From: Candidatus Komeilibacteria bacterium
GTDB lineage: Bacteria > Patescibacteriota > Patescibacteriia > UBA1558
DNA: 64,000 nucleotides
Assembly: GCA_048538275.1 (NCBI GenBank)
Contig: JBLYPW010000002.1
Coordinates: 2,111 to 66,110, forward strand
Direction of reading: 5' to 3'
Part shown: positions 10,803-21,600 of the stretch, piece by piece
Layout: each line of letters opens with the position of its first letter
How positions within the stretch are numbered: position 1 is the first letter of the stretch
Made by a program: the position numbers and the translations under genes
Notes under the pieces: model-generated
What the model was told of the DNA's origin: nothing
Databases searched by the model: none
What the model saw: the letters and a program-made list of their open reading frames with translations, nothing else

Positions 10803-11312
10803 ATGTCTGATGATATTCGTCGGCCGCTCCGCCAAACAATGGAGCGACCGGTTAGCAAAATGATAGACAAGCCATCACGCCCATGGCAGAGTTTGTTTTT
10901 CTCTAGCGTTTGGTTGGGTAGAATGCTTTTATTGGCGGTGATTATTATTTTATTAGCTTGGTGGTGGCAAGACCAAAGGAGTTCGGTGGATTATTTGGCG
11001 GAGTATAATATTCAGTCAGAATGGCAAGCGGTCTTTTTGGATAATGGTCAGACTTATTTTGGTCAAGTGAAGAATGTTAATAGCCAGACTTTGTGGTTGG
11101 ATAATGTTTATTATCTTCAGTCGCAAACGCCTTTACAATCAGGGCCTCAGCCCAAAGAAGGAGAAATAGCGATTGTCAAACTGGGCAAAGAAATTCATGG
11201 CCCGGAGGCGCAGATGATTATCCCGACCGTTGGTATTAGTTATGTAGAGAATTTGAAGGACACCTCTGCAATCGTGAGGGCGATCAAACAGGCAACCCCC
11301 GGCGTTGAATAA
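10803..11312 (+). CDS. Small membrane-anchored protein of 169 aa, paralog of 45856-46398. Its C-terminus (ATPGVE) is encoded by a REP 15-mer.
   Basis: One N-terminal TM segment. The W-Q-A-V-F-L-x-N-G-Q-x-Y-F-G ... N-x-Y-Y-L-Q ... VKLG-x-E-x-HGP block is shared with the protein at 45856. The last codons overlap caacccccggcgttg at 11293-11307. Confidence 0.6.
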   Translation: MSDDIRRPLRQTMERPVSKMIDKPSRPWQSLFFSSVWLGRMLLLAVIIILLAWWWQDQRSSVDYLAEYNIQSEWQAVFLDNGQTYFGQVKNVNSQTLWLDNVYYLQSQTPLQSGPQPKEGEIAIVKLGKEIHGPEAQMIIPTVGISYVENLKDTSAIVRAIKQATPGVE

Positions 11313-11404
11313 AAAAACATGGTAAAAATCAAGGAAAAATTGAAAAATAAAGCCAACCCCCGGCGTTGGCAACCCCCGGCGTTGAATAAAATGTAATTAT
11401 TTAG
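11296..11404 (+). repeat. Duplicated copy of the 85-bp 5' leader cassette of the gene at 14926. It forms a 25-aa decoy ORF at 11327-11404 (MVKIKEKLKNKANPRRWQPPALNKM) and contains two tandem REP 15-mers at 11354-11385.
   Basis: Near-identical to 14900-14985: ggcgttgaataaaaaaacatggtaaaaatcaaggaaaaattgaaaaataaagccaacccccggcgttggcaacccccggcgttg. Confidence 0.7.
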
Positions 11405-11411
11405 TCAATAA

Positions 11412-14400
11412 ATGAAAAAAAGCACAACCTATTATATATCTATATTATTTACTGCCATTATTATTGTGGCGGGTTTAGTTTATCTTTTTCAGGCATATAA
11501 TGTATGGGCATATTTGAATCCTGGCGCTGATCCAATACATTATTGGAATATGGATGAAATGGACTACAATACTTGTCCTAGTGGTGGCGATGTTTGTGAT
11601 ATGACTGGTGTATATAATGGGACAGCTTATGGCAGTATTGGGTGGGTAGGAGAAGATGAGTGCGTTGCTGGCGGTTGTATGTATTTTGACGGAGTGGATG
11701 ATTATGTCAACTTTGGTGATATACCAAGTGTAGAAGGTGATTTGTCTATATCTTTTTGGATACGACCAACAGATATGACTTATCGTCAAAATCCTTTAGG
11801 TAAGGCATATTATGATGAATTTGATTTTACTTTAGAAATAGATGACGGTCTGCAGTATTATCATGGTGAGACATCAAGCTTTTATTATGGTGTTACAACA
11901 GATCCGGAATATTATTTGAGTAATAATCAATGGCAGCACATTGTTGTTACTAGAGACGTGAGCGCACGTACGGGGGTGTATTATGTTAATGGCGCAGCGA
12001 TTAAAACATTTAATTGGGATGCTAGTCGGGATCCAACTGCGGGGGGTGTAAATTTTCAATTTGGTAAGACTTATATTGCGAATGAGTATAAAGGTTATTT
12101 AGATGAAGTAAAAATTTACAATTATCAGAGAAATGCATCCCAGGTGGCTGCTGATTACAATGCCGGCATAGCCGGCCATACTCCTAAAATTGGGTCAGGA
12201 GTTGCTTTAGGATCAAATAATAATGCTGATCCGGGAGTACCTTATGCTTATTGGCAAATGGATGATAGCGCTGTGCCTGGCATAGCTTATGATAGCAGTG
12301 GTAATGGCTTTACTGGAATACCGGCTAATATTTCTTGGGAGCCGGGAAAGAGAGGTAATGCTGCATTATTTAATTCTTCCTCGGATAAAATTACTTTACC
12401 TTATACGTGGCAAGTTACGGATTCTACAAAGCCTTTTGGGTCTAAGAATAGCGACATGTCAATTAGCATGTGGATCTATCCAACCGTTGATAATGCCACC
12501 TGTTCTAATCATAACATCTGTAATATTATGTTTGCTAATGCCGGCACTGCTATAGATGATAATTTTGAAATGGGTTGGTATCAAGATACTGTAAATTTTT
12601 ATATGGAGTTAAGTGGAACAGATTATGAAGTTTTTGTTTCTTCAAATATGATAATACGTGAAAATGCTGAGTGGAGATATATTACCTTGACTAAGTCTTC
12701 AACCGCTGGCGTGAAAGTATATGTGAATGGTATTTTACAAGCCACCTACCCCACTTTAACAGGTACATTTAATGTTAACGGCGTTCAAGGAAATGATTTG
12801 ATGATCGGCCAAACAAATAATACGGGAGTGTATTATAGTGGCTATATTGATGATCTTAGAATTTATGATTATGCTATTGAGGAAAAGCAAATATTAAATG
12901 ATATGTATGCTGCTAAAGGCACGCATCCAATATTGCACTATGCTTTTGAAGAAAATGGTAATACAGCGGCTTCTGATAGCACTCTATCAGCTTTTCAAGG
13001 CACGATAAATGGTTCTCCAAACAGATCGCAGGATGGCGTTTTGGGCAGGGGGTTATATTTTGATGGGTCTGACGATAGAATTGCTATTAGTAATTGGGGT
13101 TATCCTGCGAGCTGGTCTGATTATTTTTCTATTTCAACATGGATAAATGTTCCGGCTTCAGAAACTTGGACCAATGGCTATAAGAGCGCTATTATGGGCA
13201 GAGGGGATGGTGCCGGTTCTCATGGGTTGATAAGACAAACTACCAATAATCAAGTGGCAATGTATGTTAGAGGCGATAATGGTGAAATATATGCGAGCGG
13301 CACTATAACACGGGACAGCTGGCATCATTTAGTGGGAATATGGGACGGGACACAAGTTGCGCTATATATAGATGGGGTATTAGAAAGTCAGACAGGCACA
13401 GCGAGAACTGGTTCGCCTGCTGCGAACACTTGGTATGTCAATGGTCCGGTGACCTTTGGTGGTAATATTGGCCAATATAATGAAGGTGGGCTAGATGAAT
13501 TAAAATTTTATAACTATGCATTAAGTTCTGATGATATTGCCAATGATTTTAATTATGGTTCGGCAGTTGTTTTGGGTGCCGACAAAACTAGTTCATCTTC
13601 TTGGGTTGATGGTGGGTTTGGTGGGGATCCGCTATTAGCTTATTGGAATTTTGAAGAGGGTAGTGGTAGTATAGCACAAGATATAAGCAGTAACGGTTAT
13701 TTGGGTACTTACGTGGGCTCTCCCCAGTATAGCTTGGGTAAGATAGGCTGGGGTTTAGAGTTTGATGGAGGCGATTATATTAATATCGCTGATAATTTAG
13801 GAGATCCAACTGCGATTACTATAGAGCTGTGGTTTAAAAAGTCCAACATCAATGCAGGATCGCAATACATGATGGATGCTAGAAATGGCGGCACTTGGTG
13901 GTGGTTACAGGATTATGTTGCCGGCGTTTGTACAGATAGCAATGGCAATATTTGTTTTGATGCAAGGGCTGAGATTCCATCTTCAGAACTTTCTAATAAT
14001 ACATGGTACCACGTGGCAGTTACTGACGACGCTAGTGCGGTTAAATTATATCTTGATGGCAGGTTGATAGCTACAGGCACTGGTGAAGATCCTGGTTTAG
14101 GGACAAATTTACGAATAGGCACACGATACACTGATGCTAATAGGTTTGTTGGCAGCATGGATGAAATTAAGATATTTAATTATGTTCGTTCTCAAGCACA
14201 AATAGCTTTTGATATGAATGGGGGTAAGCCAACAGCTCATTGGAATTTTGACGAGAATACTGGAACCTCAGCTTATGATAGATATGGTGGCTATACGGGG
14301 ACTTTAACGGGCGATGGTGTAACGTGGGTAGACGGAAAATTTGGTTATGCGCTTAATTTTGCTGGTTCTTCAGATTATATAAATATTGAACCTCTTGATA

Positions 14401-14876
14401 CTGATTTTAATATTGATGGTAATGCTAATGTGACATTTGCTGCATGGATATATCCTACCAGCTTAGGCGCTACCCGAGGTATAATCGGTATCACAACATC
14501 TAACCGTGACTATGCTTTACAAATTAACTCGTCCAATTATTTGATTTATCATTTTAACGACGGTAGTTTTTATAATTGCACAGATTCAACATCAACCGTC
14601 AGCCTTAATACTTGGACTCACGTTGCGGCTAGTATGGAAGATACAGGTTCTAGTAGTACTAGAGTTAGATTGTATAAAGATGGTATATTGGTAAATACAT
14701 GTGATCATGCGGCTGATCCCGTTGGTACTTCCAGTGTATGGGTTATAGGTGGGCTTACCACTACCGTAGAAGAGTTTATTGGCAGTATTGATGATGTGCA
14801 GTTTTATAATTATGCTTTGTCAGATGATCAAGTTAAGAAAGCAATGTTTGCCAACAGTGCCGTCTATCTTGAATAG
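11412..14876 (+). CDS. Giant paralog 1 (1,154 aa): N-terminal signal-anchor followed by about five LamG-like (Laminin_G_3 / concanavalin-A-like lectin) modules.
   Basis: TM helix YYISILFTAIIIVAGLVYLF. Module-terminal motifs recur: LDEVKIYNYQRNASQV, IDDLRIYDYAIEE, LDELKFYNYALSSDDI, MDEIKIFNYVRSQAQI, IDDVQFYNYALSDDQV. They are typical of the LamG/pentraxin-like superfamily. Confidence 0.8.
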   Translation: MKKSTTYYISILFTAIIIVAGLVYLFQAYNVWAYLNPGADPIHYWNMDEMDYNTCPSGGDVCDMTGVYNGTAYGSIGWVGEDECVAGGCMYFDGVDDYVNFGDIPSVEGDLSISFWIRPTDMTYRQNPLGKAYYDEFDFTLEIDDGLQYYHGETSSFYYGVTTDPEYYLSNNQWQHIVVTRDVSARTGVYYVNGAAIKTFNWDASRDPTAGGVNFQFGKTYIANEYKGYLDEVKIYNYQRNASQVAADYNAGIAGHTPKIGSGVALGSNNNADPGVPYAYWQMDDSAVPGIAYDSSGNGFTGIPANISWEPGKRGNAALFNSSSDKITLPYTWQVTDSTKPFGSKNSDMSISMWIYPTVDNATCSNHNICNIMFANAGTAIDDNFEMGWYQDTVNFYMELSGTDYEVFVSSNMIIRENAEWRYITLTKSSTAGVKVYVNGILQATYPTLTGTFNVNGVQGNDLMIGQTNNTGVYYSGYIDDLRIYDYAIEEKQILNDMYAAKGTHPILHYAFEENGNTAASDSTLSAFQGTINGSPNRSQDGVLGRGLYFDGSDDRIAISNWGYPASWSDYFSISTWINVPASETWTNGYKSAIMGRGDGAGSHGLIRQTTNNQVAMYVRGDNGEIYASGTITRDSWHHLVGIWDGTQVALYIDGVLESQTGTARTGSPAANTWYVNGPVTFGGNIGQYNEGGLDELKFYNYALSSDDIANDFNYGSAVVLGADKTSSSSWVDGGFGGDPLLAYWNFEEGSGSIAQDISSNGYLGTYVGSPQYSLGKIGWGLEFDGGDYINIADNLGDPTAITIELWFKKSNINAGSQYMMDARNGGTWWWLQDYVAGVCTDSNGNICFDARAEIPSSELSNNTWYHVAVTDDASAVKLYLDGRLIATGTGEDPGLGTNLRIGTRYTDANRFVGSMDEIKIFNYVRSQAQIAFDMNGGKPTAHWNFDENTGTSAYDRYGGYTGTLTGDGVTWVDGKFGYALNFAGSSDYINIEPLDTDFNIDGNANVTFAAWIYPTSLGATRGIIGITTSNRDYALQINSSNYLIYHFNDGSFYNCTDSTSTVSLNTWTHVAASMEDTGSSSTRVRLYKDGILVNTCDHAADPVGTSSVWVIGGLTTTVEEFIGSIDDVQFYNYALSDDQVKKAMFANSAVYLE

Positions 14877-14925
14877 CTACTAACAACCCCCGGCGTTGGC
14901 AACCCCCGGCGTTGAATAAAAAAAC

Positions 14926-17900
14926 ATGGTAAAAATCAAGGAAAAATTGAAAAATAAAGCCAACCCCCGGCGTTGGCAACCCCCGGCGTTGGCAACCCCC
15001 GGCGTTGTGGCAAAGGCCGTCATCGCCGCTTTAATAGTGGTTGGTTTTCTTGGTGGTATTACCTGGGCGGCTGGTGGCTGGGGATTTGGTAGTGGCAGCA
15101 GTAGCACGACGGATGTTTCTGTCGGCACCTCAGCCGACAAAGGCTTGATTGGTTATTGGCCATTGGATAGTGCTAGTGAGAAAGTGGGGAGTGAATTGGT
15201 TATGAATGAAGATATGGAGTTAGATAGTAATTGGTCAAGTTATAATTCTCCTACAACTAATGAACAAAGTAATGAACAAGTGTATACTGGAACATATAGT
15301 CGAAAATTTATTGCAGATGCTTTAAACGAAGGTATACGGAGTGAAAATTTTAGTGTTATTGCTGGAAAAAAATATAGAGTGACTGCCTGGATATATTCAG
15401 TGAATAAATCTTGGGCTACTCTACGTGTTAGGCATGGCGACGGCACTGGATTTGCATATAATTATGCTAATACTGTCACTAATGGAGAATGGACTTTAAT
15501 AAAAGCCGATTACACAGAGACTATAAGTGGCTCTAACGCATATATTCATTTTGATAGTGGAGGATATTCTAGTGGCACTTGGTATGTTGACAATGTTAGC
15601 ATTAAAGAAATTAAAACAGCTGACGCAACGCCATACTCTCATCACGGTACTGTTTATGGCGCGACGCAGAATGATGATGATATGACCTTTGATGGTACGG
15701 ATGATTATATTAATGCTGGTACTGCTGATATGAATACTGACGAACTTACAATTTCATTTTGGGTTTATTCTGAAGATGCTGGTGATCAGGATCATCATAT
15801 TATATCAAACGCAGACAATACTGGTTGGTATCAGCCCAATGGTTTTGATATTGGGGATGGCTGGACAGCTGGCTATTATTTTTACTATTCATATATAGGT
15901 AACGCCCATATACAGCAACACCCGTCACATATGATCGGCGTTTGGTCGCATATTACTTTTGTTTATGCTAAAGGAGATTATATGAAGGGTTATATAAATG
16001 GTGATTATTTTGCACAATCAGCTAGCGTGGGCACAGAAACTATTAATGCCGCTAATACTTTATATATCGGCAGAGCTATTCGGTCAGGCAAGTTTAAGGG
16101 AAAGCTCAAGGACGTCCGTATCTACAATCGTGCCTTATCTGACACAGAAGTGGCTAGCTTGTATAATGGTGGTAAAAGTGCCAGTAAAAATTTGGTGATT
16201 GGTAGTAAAAGTAAAGGTTTGGTCGGAGAGTGGAAGCTGGATCAGGCGAGTGAAAAGGTGGGCGATGAAATGCATTCCAATTTTGACATGGAGTCGGGTA
16301 TTACTTCGTGGACATTTGATTCCAAAACAAATGGTTCTAGAGATAGCTATACTGCTGACTTTAAGTTTGGTTTAAAATCAGTTAGAATTAAAAATTCTAC
16401 GGTAGGACCGATTGCTTTTTGGCAAGCTAAGTCCGCTTCGGTGGGTGAGTTGTATAAAGTTGTTGTTTGGGCTAAAAATATAGATTCTCCGACGATTCCG
16501 TATTTTAGTTCCGCCGGCGCTACCTTTGTTAGTGGCGATACTTCTTTTGTTGATATCAGTACGACCGAATGGCAAAAATATGAAGGGATTTTTAAGGCAA
16601 CAGATACAACTATTAATATTTACATCAGAACTGCTGCAAATGCGACCCAGGGTTATTTTTTGGTTGATAATTATTCTTTGAAACAAATATACACTAAAGA
16701 TGCAACACCTTATAGTAATAACGGCGCTATTTACGGCGCTACTTATACTACCGATCGCCAGGGTCAAGCTAATAAGGCGATGAGTTTTGATGGAGTGGAT
16801 GATTATATAAATGCGGGTAATATTTCTCAAACAAATTTTGGTACCGGTGATTTTAGTATCAGCGCTTGGATAAATACTACGGATAGTCAATTTTATATTT
16901 TAGGCAAGCAAACCTGGGGAGTAGCAGAAGGTTTTTTTCTAGGCACAAAAGCTGGATATGATGGTGGGGATGATAATTATTTTTGGTTTGATACTGGTTA
17001 TAGTTCTGCTAATGCTAAAATTTTAACCTCACTAATTAATACTGGACAATGGGTCCATGTAGTTGCGATCAGAAGTAATGGAGTTGGTTATATTTATGTT
17101 AATAATGCTTTGGAAGTTACGGATAGTAGTAATTCCCAGAATGTTGACTCAAATGCTAGTCTGACTATAGGACGCCGGACGGGTAGCGGGTATTATTTGG
17201 ATGGTGATCTAAGCGACGTCCGTATCTACGATCGTGCTTTGTCAGCGGAAGAAATAGCTTCTTTGTATAATTCTTACAATCCAATAATATCTACCGGTAG
17301 TCTGCAAAAGGGTTTGGTTTTGGACATGCCGCTGGATAGTAAGCGGGAAAAGGTGGGTGGTGAAACTATTACTAATGGTGATGCGGAAATAGGCGATGTC
17401 ACGGGTTGGTCTGTCCAAGGGGGCGCGAGTAGAAGTTCTGTTATATCGCAATTACATAGCGGTACATATTCTCTACAGGTTACAAATTCTAATACTTCTG
17501 GGGGCTTACCCTATAATTTCATTTATCAGCAAGTTAATGGATTAACAATTGGAGCTACTTATAGAACTGTGGCTTGGGTTAAGGGAGCTACTAGCTCTGA
17601 CACTGGCTACATTGGTGTGTCGGACGATATTGTACAGGGAGAAGCATCTTATTATGGTTCGGATGGCGGTCCTAATCATTCTGATTGGACAAAATTAAGC
17701 GTTACCTTTGTGCCGGAAGCTACTACAGTTTATGTTCAATTATATTCTAACTCAGGTGCTAATATATCGTATTGGGACGATATTAGTTTAAAAGAAATCC
17801 AAACAGCTGACACTACCACTTATTCAAATCATGGAGTTGTTTATGGCGCAACGCAGAATAGTGATAGCATGAGTTTTGATGGTAGCACTAACTATATTGT

Positions 17901-18378
17901 TACATCTAAGAATAATATTGAAAATACATTTACTTTTTCTGCTTGGATAAATGGTGATACTAGTTTTGATGGGCAAATATTGGGCAGGTTGAATACTACT
18001 TGGTCATCATCATCTGTTGGAGATTTTATTTATTACGCAGGTACTTCAGCATGGGGATTATACGGATTTTTAGGAAGTGGTGTGAATGGTGGAGCCAATT
18101 CTTATTTAATAAGCAATTCATTATCTCCTAATACTTGGTATCATTTAGTTGCAACCTATGATGGAACTACGATTAAATATTATAAGGATGGAGTAGATAT
18201 TAATGATGATAAGGCTATGCTATTCAGTGATGATGCATCGTCATTAAATATTTGGATAGGAGCAAGACAGTATAGTGGTAGTATGGCACATTTTGAAGGA
18301 GATATAGCAAATGTGAAAATCTACAATCGTGCTTTATCGGCAGATGAGGTACAATTGTTGTATAATAAGGGGAGGTAA
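14926..18378 (+). CDS. Giant paralog 2 (1,150 aa): leader containing REP, TM anchor, then alternating CBM4/9-like and LamG-like modules.
   Basis: N-terminus MVKIKEKLKNKANPRRWQPPALATPGVV is encoded by three tandem REP 15-mers at 14961-15007, followed by a TM helix. The repeated K-E-I-K/Q-TADxTPYS-x-HG-x-VYGATQN linker occurs 3 times. DVRIYNRALSDTEV-type LamG ends are present. Segments such as WATLRVRHGDGTGF...WYVDNVSIKEI resemble CBM_4_9. Confidence 0.8.
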   Translation: MVKIKEKLKNKANPRRWQPPALATPGVVAKAVIAALIVVGFLGGITWAAGGWGFGSGSSSTTDVSVGTSADKGLIGYWPLDSASEKVGSELVMNEDMELDSNWSSYNSPTTNEQSNEQVYTGTYSRKFIADALNEGIRSENFSVIAGKKYRVTAWIYSVNKSWATLRVRHGDGTGFAYNYANTVTNGEWTLIKADYTETISGSNAYIHFDSGGYSSGTWYVDNVSIKEIKTADATPYSHHGTVYGATQNDDDMTFDGTDDYINAGTADMNTDELTISFWVYSEDAGDQDHHIISNADNTGWYQPNGFDIGDGWTAGYYFYYSYIGNAHIQQHPSHMIGVWSHITFVYAKGDYMKGYINGDYFAQSASVGTETINAANTLYIGRAIRSGKFKGKLKDVRIYNRALSDTEVASLYNGGKSASKNLVIGSKSKGLVGEWKLDQASEKVGDEMHSNFDMESGITSWTFDSKTNGSRDSYTADFKFGLKSVRIKNSTVGPIAFWQAKSASVGELYKVVVWAKNIDSPTIPYFSSAGATFVSGDTSFVDISTTEWQKYEGIFKATDTTINIYIRTAANATQGYFLVDNYSLKQIYTKDATPYSNNGAIYGATYTTDRQGQANKAMSFDGVDDYINAGNISQTNFGTGDFSISAWINTTDSQFYILGKQTWGVAEGFFLGTKAGYDGGDDNYFWFDTGYSSANAKILTSLINTGQWVHVVAIRSNGVGYIYVNNALEVTDSSNSQNVDSNASLTIGRRTGSGYYLDGDLSDVRIYDRALSAEEIASLYNSYNPIISTGSLQKGLVLDMPLDSKREKVGGETITNGDAEIGDVTGWSVQGGASRSSVISQLHSGTYSLQVTNSNTSGGLPYNFIYQQVNGLTIGATYRTVAWVKGATSSDTGYIGVSDDIVQGEASYYGSDGGPNHSDWTKLSVTFVPEATTVYVQLYSNSGANISYWDDISLKEIQTADTTTYSNHGVVYGATQNSDSMSFDGSTNYIVTSKNNIENTFTFSAWINGDTSFDGQILGRLNTTWSSSSVGDFIYYAGTSAWGLYGFLGSGVNGGANSYLISNSLSPNTWYHLVATYDGTTIKYYKDGVDINDDKAMLFSDDASSLNIWIGARQYSGSMAHFEGDIANVKIYNRALSADEVQLLYNKGR

Positions 18379-18600
18379 TTGTCTCATTCCCAGTTTCTCT
18401 TGATTCCGCCGTGGGGCGGACGAAGTGGAGAAATCTGTATTTGCCACTATAAAATATGTTCTTTTAATATACCCTTTATTGCTATTAGACTTCTCCGCTC
18501 GTCCGCACTTCGTTTGGACATCGGTCGAAGTGACTGTGAGAATATAGAAGATTGCTTCGTCCGCTTGCAGAGGCGGATCAGAGTATAATTCGTATGGTCC
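18379..18600. repeat. MITE-like palindromic element, family 3, copy 1.
   Basis: The core cttctccgctcgtccgcacttcgtttggacatcggtcgaagtgac and its partial inverse ggcggacgaagtggagaa are related to the copies at 33463-33600, 39345-39540 and 46590-46860. The 69-aa ORF at 18379-18588 lies inside it and is probably spurious. Confidence 0.6.
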
Positions 18601-18675
18601 GTTGTATTCGTATCTATATTATTCGTATTGTAGCATCATTAGCATTTTTTCGTATCATTCGTATTAAATTTTCGT

Positions 18676-21600
18676 ATGTTAAATAAGATAAAAAATTTCA
18701 TAATTCATAATTTGCTGACCTCTGTCGTCGTAGCTTTAATAGTAGTTGGTTTTATCGTTAGCATTGGCTTGGCTGTTGGTGGCGGTGGTGGTGGCGGCAC
18801 CATTACTGCTGGTGATATAAATAAAGGCCTTGTTTTTCACGCACCACTTAATAGCGAGAGTGAGAAGGTTGGGAGTGAGTTAGTTACTAATGGCGGCTTT
18901 GATAGTTCTACGGGTTGGGGCGCAGGTACTGCGTGGAGTATAGCTAATGGAGTTGCTAGTTATGATGATAGTGGGACAAGTATTTTATCTCAAAATAATG
19001 TATTTACTGTTGGAAAAAGTTATATAATAAAATTTACTATTTCTAATTCTTCTGGCAATGGGGGGTATATAGCTATTTATAGTGATGCCTCGGGGGTTGT
19101 TGGATATACTTATTATACTGATGGAACTTATGTTGTTCAGGGTACTGCTAATGGTACTCAGTTAAGAATTTATGGTTCTTCTGGTGGTAGCAGTTTTGAC
19201 ATTGATGATGTATCAGTTAAAGAAATTCAAACTGCAGACACTACACCGAATGCGAACCATGGTACTGTTTATGGTGCTACTCAGAATACTGATGATATGA
19301 GTTTTGATGGAACTGATGATTATGTTGATGTTGAAGACAGTAATATTCTTGACATACAGGTTATTGATGGAATTAGTATTAGTGCATGGATAAAACCTGT
19401 TAATACTACAGCTTCTGATACATATTCAAGTACTAATCCACAATATATAGTAATAAAAGGTGCAGCTCCATTAAATTCTAATTATTGGTTTAGAATTTTA
19501 GGACAAAAGTTAAACTTTGGGTGGAGAAATAGTGCCAATGATGGCTATAATACCAAGGATATGGATTCTCATAATTTAACTAATAATGAATGGCAACATG
19601 TTTTAGTTATCCATGATGGTTCTGATATAATATTTTATATTGATGGAGTAGAACAGGCTAGTTCTGTTTCTAGTGGTTCAATGACTGATGAGTCTATTAG
19701 TAATTCAGATTTATTGTATATTGGTGTAGAGTTTGGAAACAGTCAAAGATATTTTAATGGCTCAATCAAAGATTTTCGCATATACAACCGAGCATTAAGT
19801 GCTACTGAAGTTAAAAGTCTTTATGACTTGGGTGGGCGACAAAATCAAATCTCAACAGGTTCTTTATACAAAGGTCTTGTCTTAGATATGCCACTTAATA
19901 GTGAGAGTGAGAAAGTTGGGAGTAATATATTTACCTCCAACAATCCAAATTTTGAGAGTGATACAAATTCCCCTCCTGTATACTGGTATAACACAGGAAC
20001 ACATGTGGCTACAGCAGTAGTTGATGCCACATCCCCCAATGGTTCAAATGTAATGGAAATTGTAGCTAGTGGAACAGGTAGTTTTTCAAGTAATGCTGTA
20101 TGGAATGGTTTCTTTAAATATGGTCGTTTAGTTAGTGGAAAATCATACAGATTAATATTTTATGCCAAGTCTATTTCTGGGTCTACTATTATTAGTGGAA
20201 GGTTCCAAAGCATTTCTATTCCTAATTGGACTATAACTACAGATTGGGAAAGATATGAATATGATTTTATTGGAAATGGTGGCACATATAATGAATTATA
20301 TTTTTTGTCTGCTAGTGGAGCGGCAACTTTTAGAATTGATAATATCTTAGTCAAAGAACTCCAAACAGCTGATACAACACCTAATGCTAACCACGGCACA
20401 GTTTATGGTGCTACACAAAATGCTGATACTATGAGCTTTGATGGTGACGATTATGTAAAGATTGATAATATATTACTAGCAGATAACTTCTCAATAAGTT
20501 TTAATTACACACCTGACACAATTGGCTCTAGTAGGGAAATTATTGATATTGGAAAGAATGCATTTACTTATGAGAATTTTAGATTAGGATTATTGTCAAA
20601 CGGTGGAACAGAAACAGTAATTTCTGATACGTCTTCAACAAGAGCATTTCCAACTTCATTTCCTGCTGGAACTTTTACTTCTGGAATAAAGAAATATATT
20701 GCTGTTACTTATGACGGAACAAATTTTAGAAATTATGCTGACGGAACATTAATCTCAACATCTGCTAATGTATCATTTGCAAGTGAATTGGTTTCTACTT
20801 ATTTATTTACAAGAAATGGGGCTACCAATTTTAATGACGGTAGTCTTCAAGACGTCCGTATCTACAACCGAGCATTATCAGCTGATGAGGTTAAACAACT
20901 TTATGATTTGGGTGGACGACAAAATCAAGTCTCTACTGGTAGTTTGTATAAAGGATTGGTTTTGGATATGCCACTCAATAGTGAGAGTGAGAAGGTTGGG
21001 AGTGAGTTAGTTACTAATGGGGATATTGCAAGTAGTGGAGTTACTGACAACTGGACTGCGGTAAATTCAACATTAACAGCTGAAAATAATGGTTTAAAGG
21101 TTTCTGATAATGGTTCATATTCTTCAGCTTATCAGTTAATAAATACTGTTGTTGGAAAGAAATATAGGTTAACCTTTGATGCTGAAGAAGTTTCTGGTGG
21201 TTTTTTTGTTGTTTATACTAGTAGTACAGCACCAGACGGAACATCTTATGGGGATACAGGTAGATATGTTAGTTCTTCTACAGGAAGACAAGTAATTGAT
21301 TTTATTTCTACAACCACAACTCTTCATATAATTTTTGCTTCACAATCAACAGATTATGCTATTTATAATAATATTTCATTTAGAGAAATCCAAACAGCCG
21401 ATACAACACCAAATGCTAATCACGGCATAGTACATGGGGCTACTGTTGGAAGTGATAGTACAAGTTTTGATGGGACGGATGATTATATACAAATACCCTC
21501 TAATTCTAATTTAGACTTACAATATGTTTCAGTTTCAGCTTGGGTAAAATATGCAACTGGTGGGATTATCATTGTAAATAAATATAATACTCAACCTGGA

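Noticed and set aside
12289-14158. Small same-strand or antisense ORFs inside paralog 1 (12289-12555, 13876-14067, 13913-14158)
   Set aside because: They are overlapped by the long LamG-module ORF, and I recognised no motif in them.
14880-15140. Minus-strand 86-aa ORF and other small ORFs overlapping REP clusters (27598-27786, 11139-11372)
   Set aside because: They exist only because the REP 15-mer is stop-free in all frames. They have no start context or conservation signal.
18379-18588. 69-aa ORF MSHSQFLLIPPWGGRSGEICICHYK...
   Set aside because: It lies entirely within the MITE-like palindromic repeat. Translation of a hairpin-forming element is unlikely to represent a gene.
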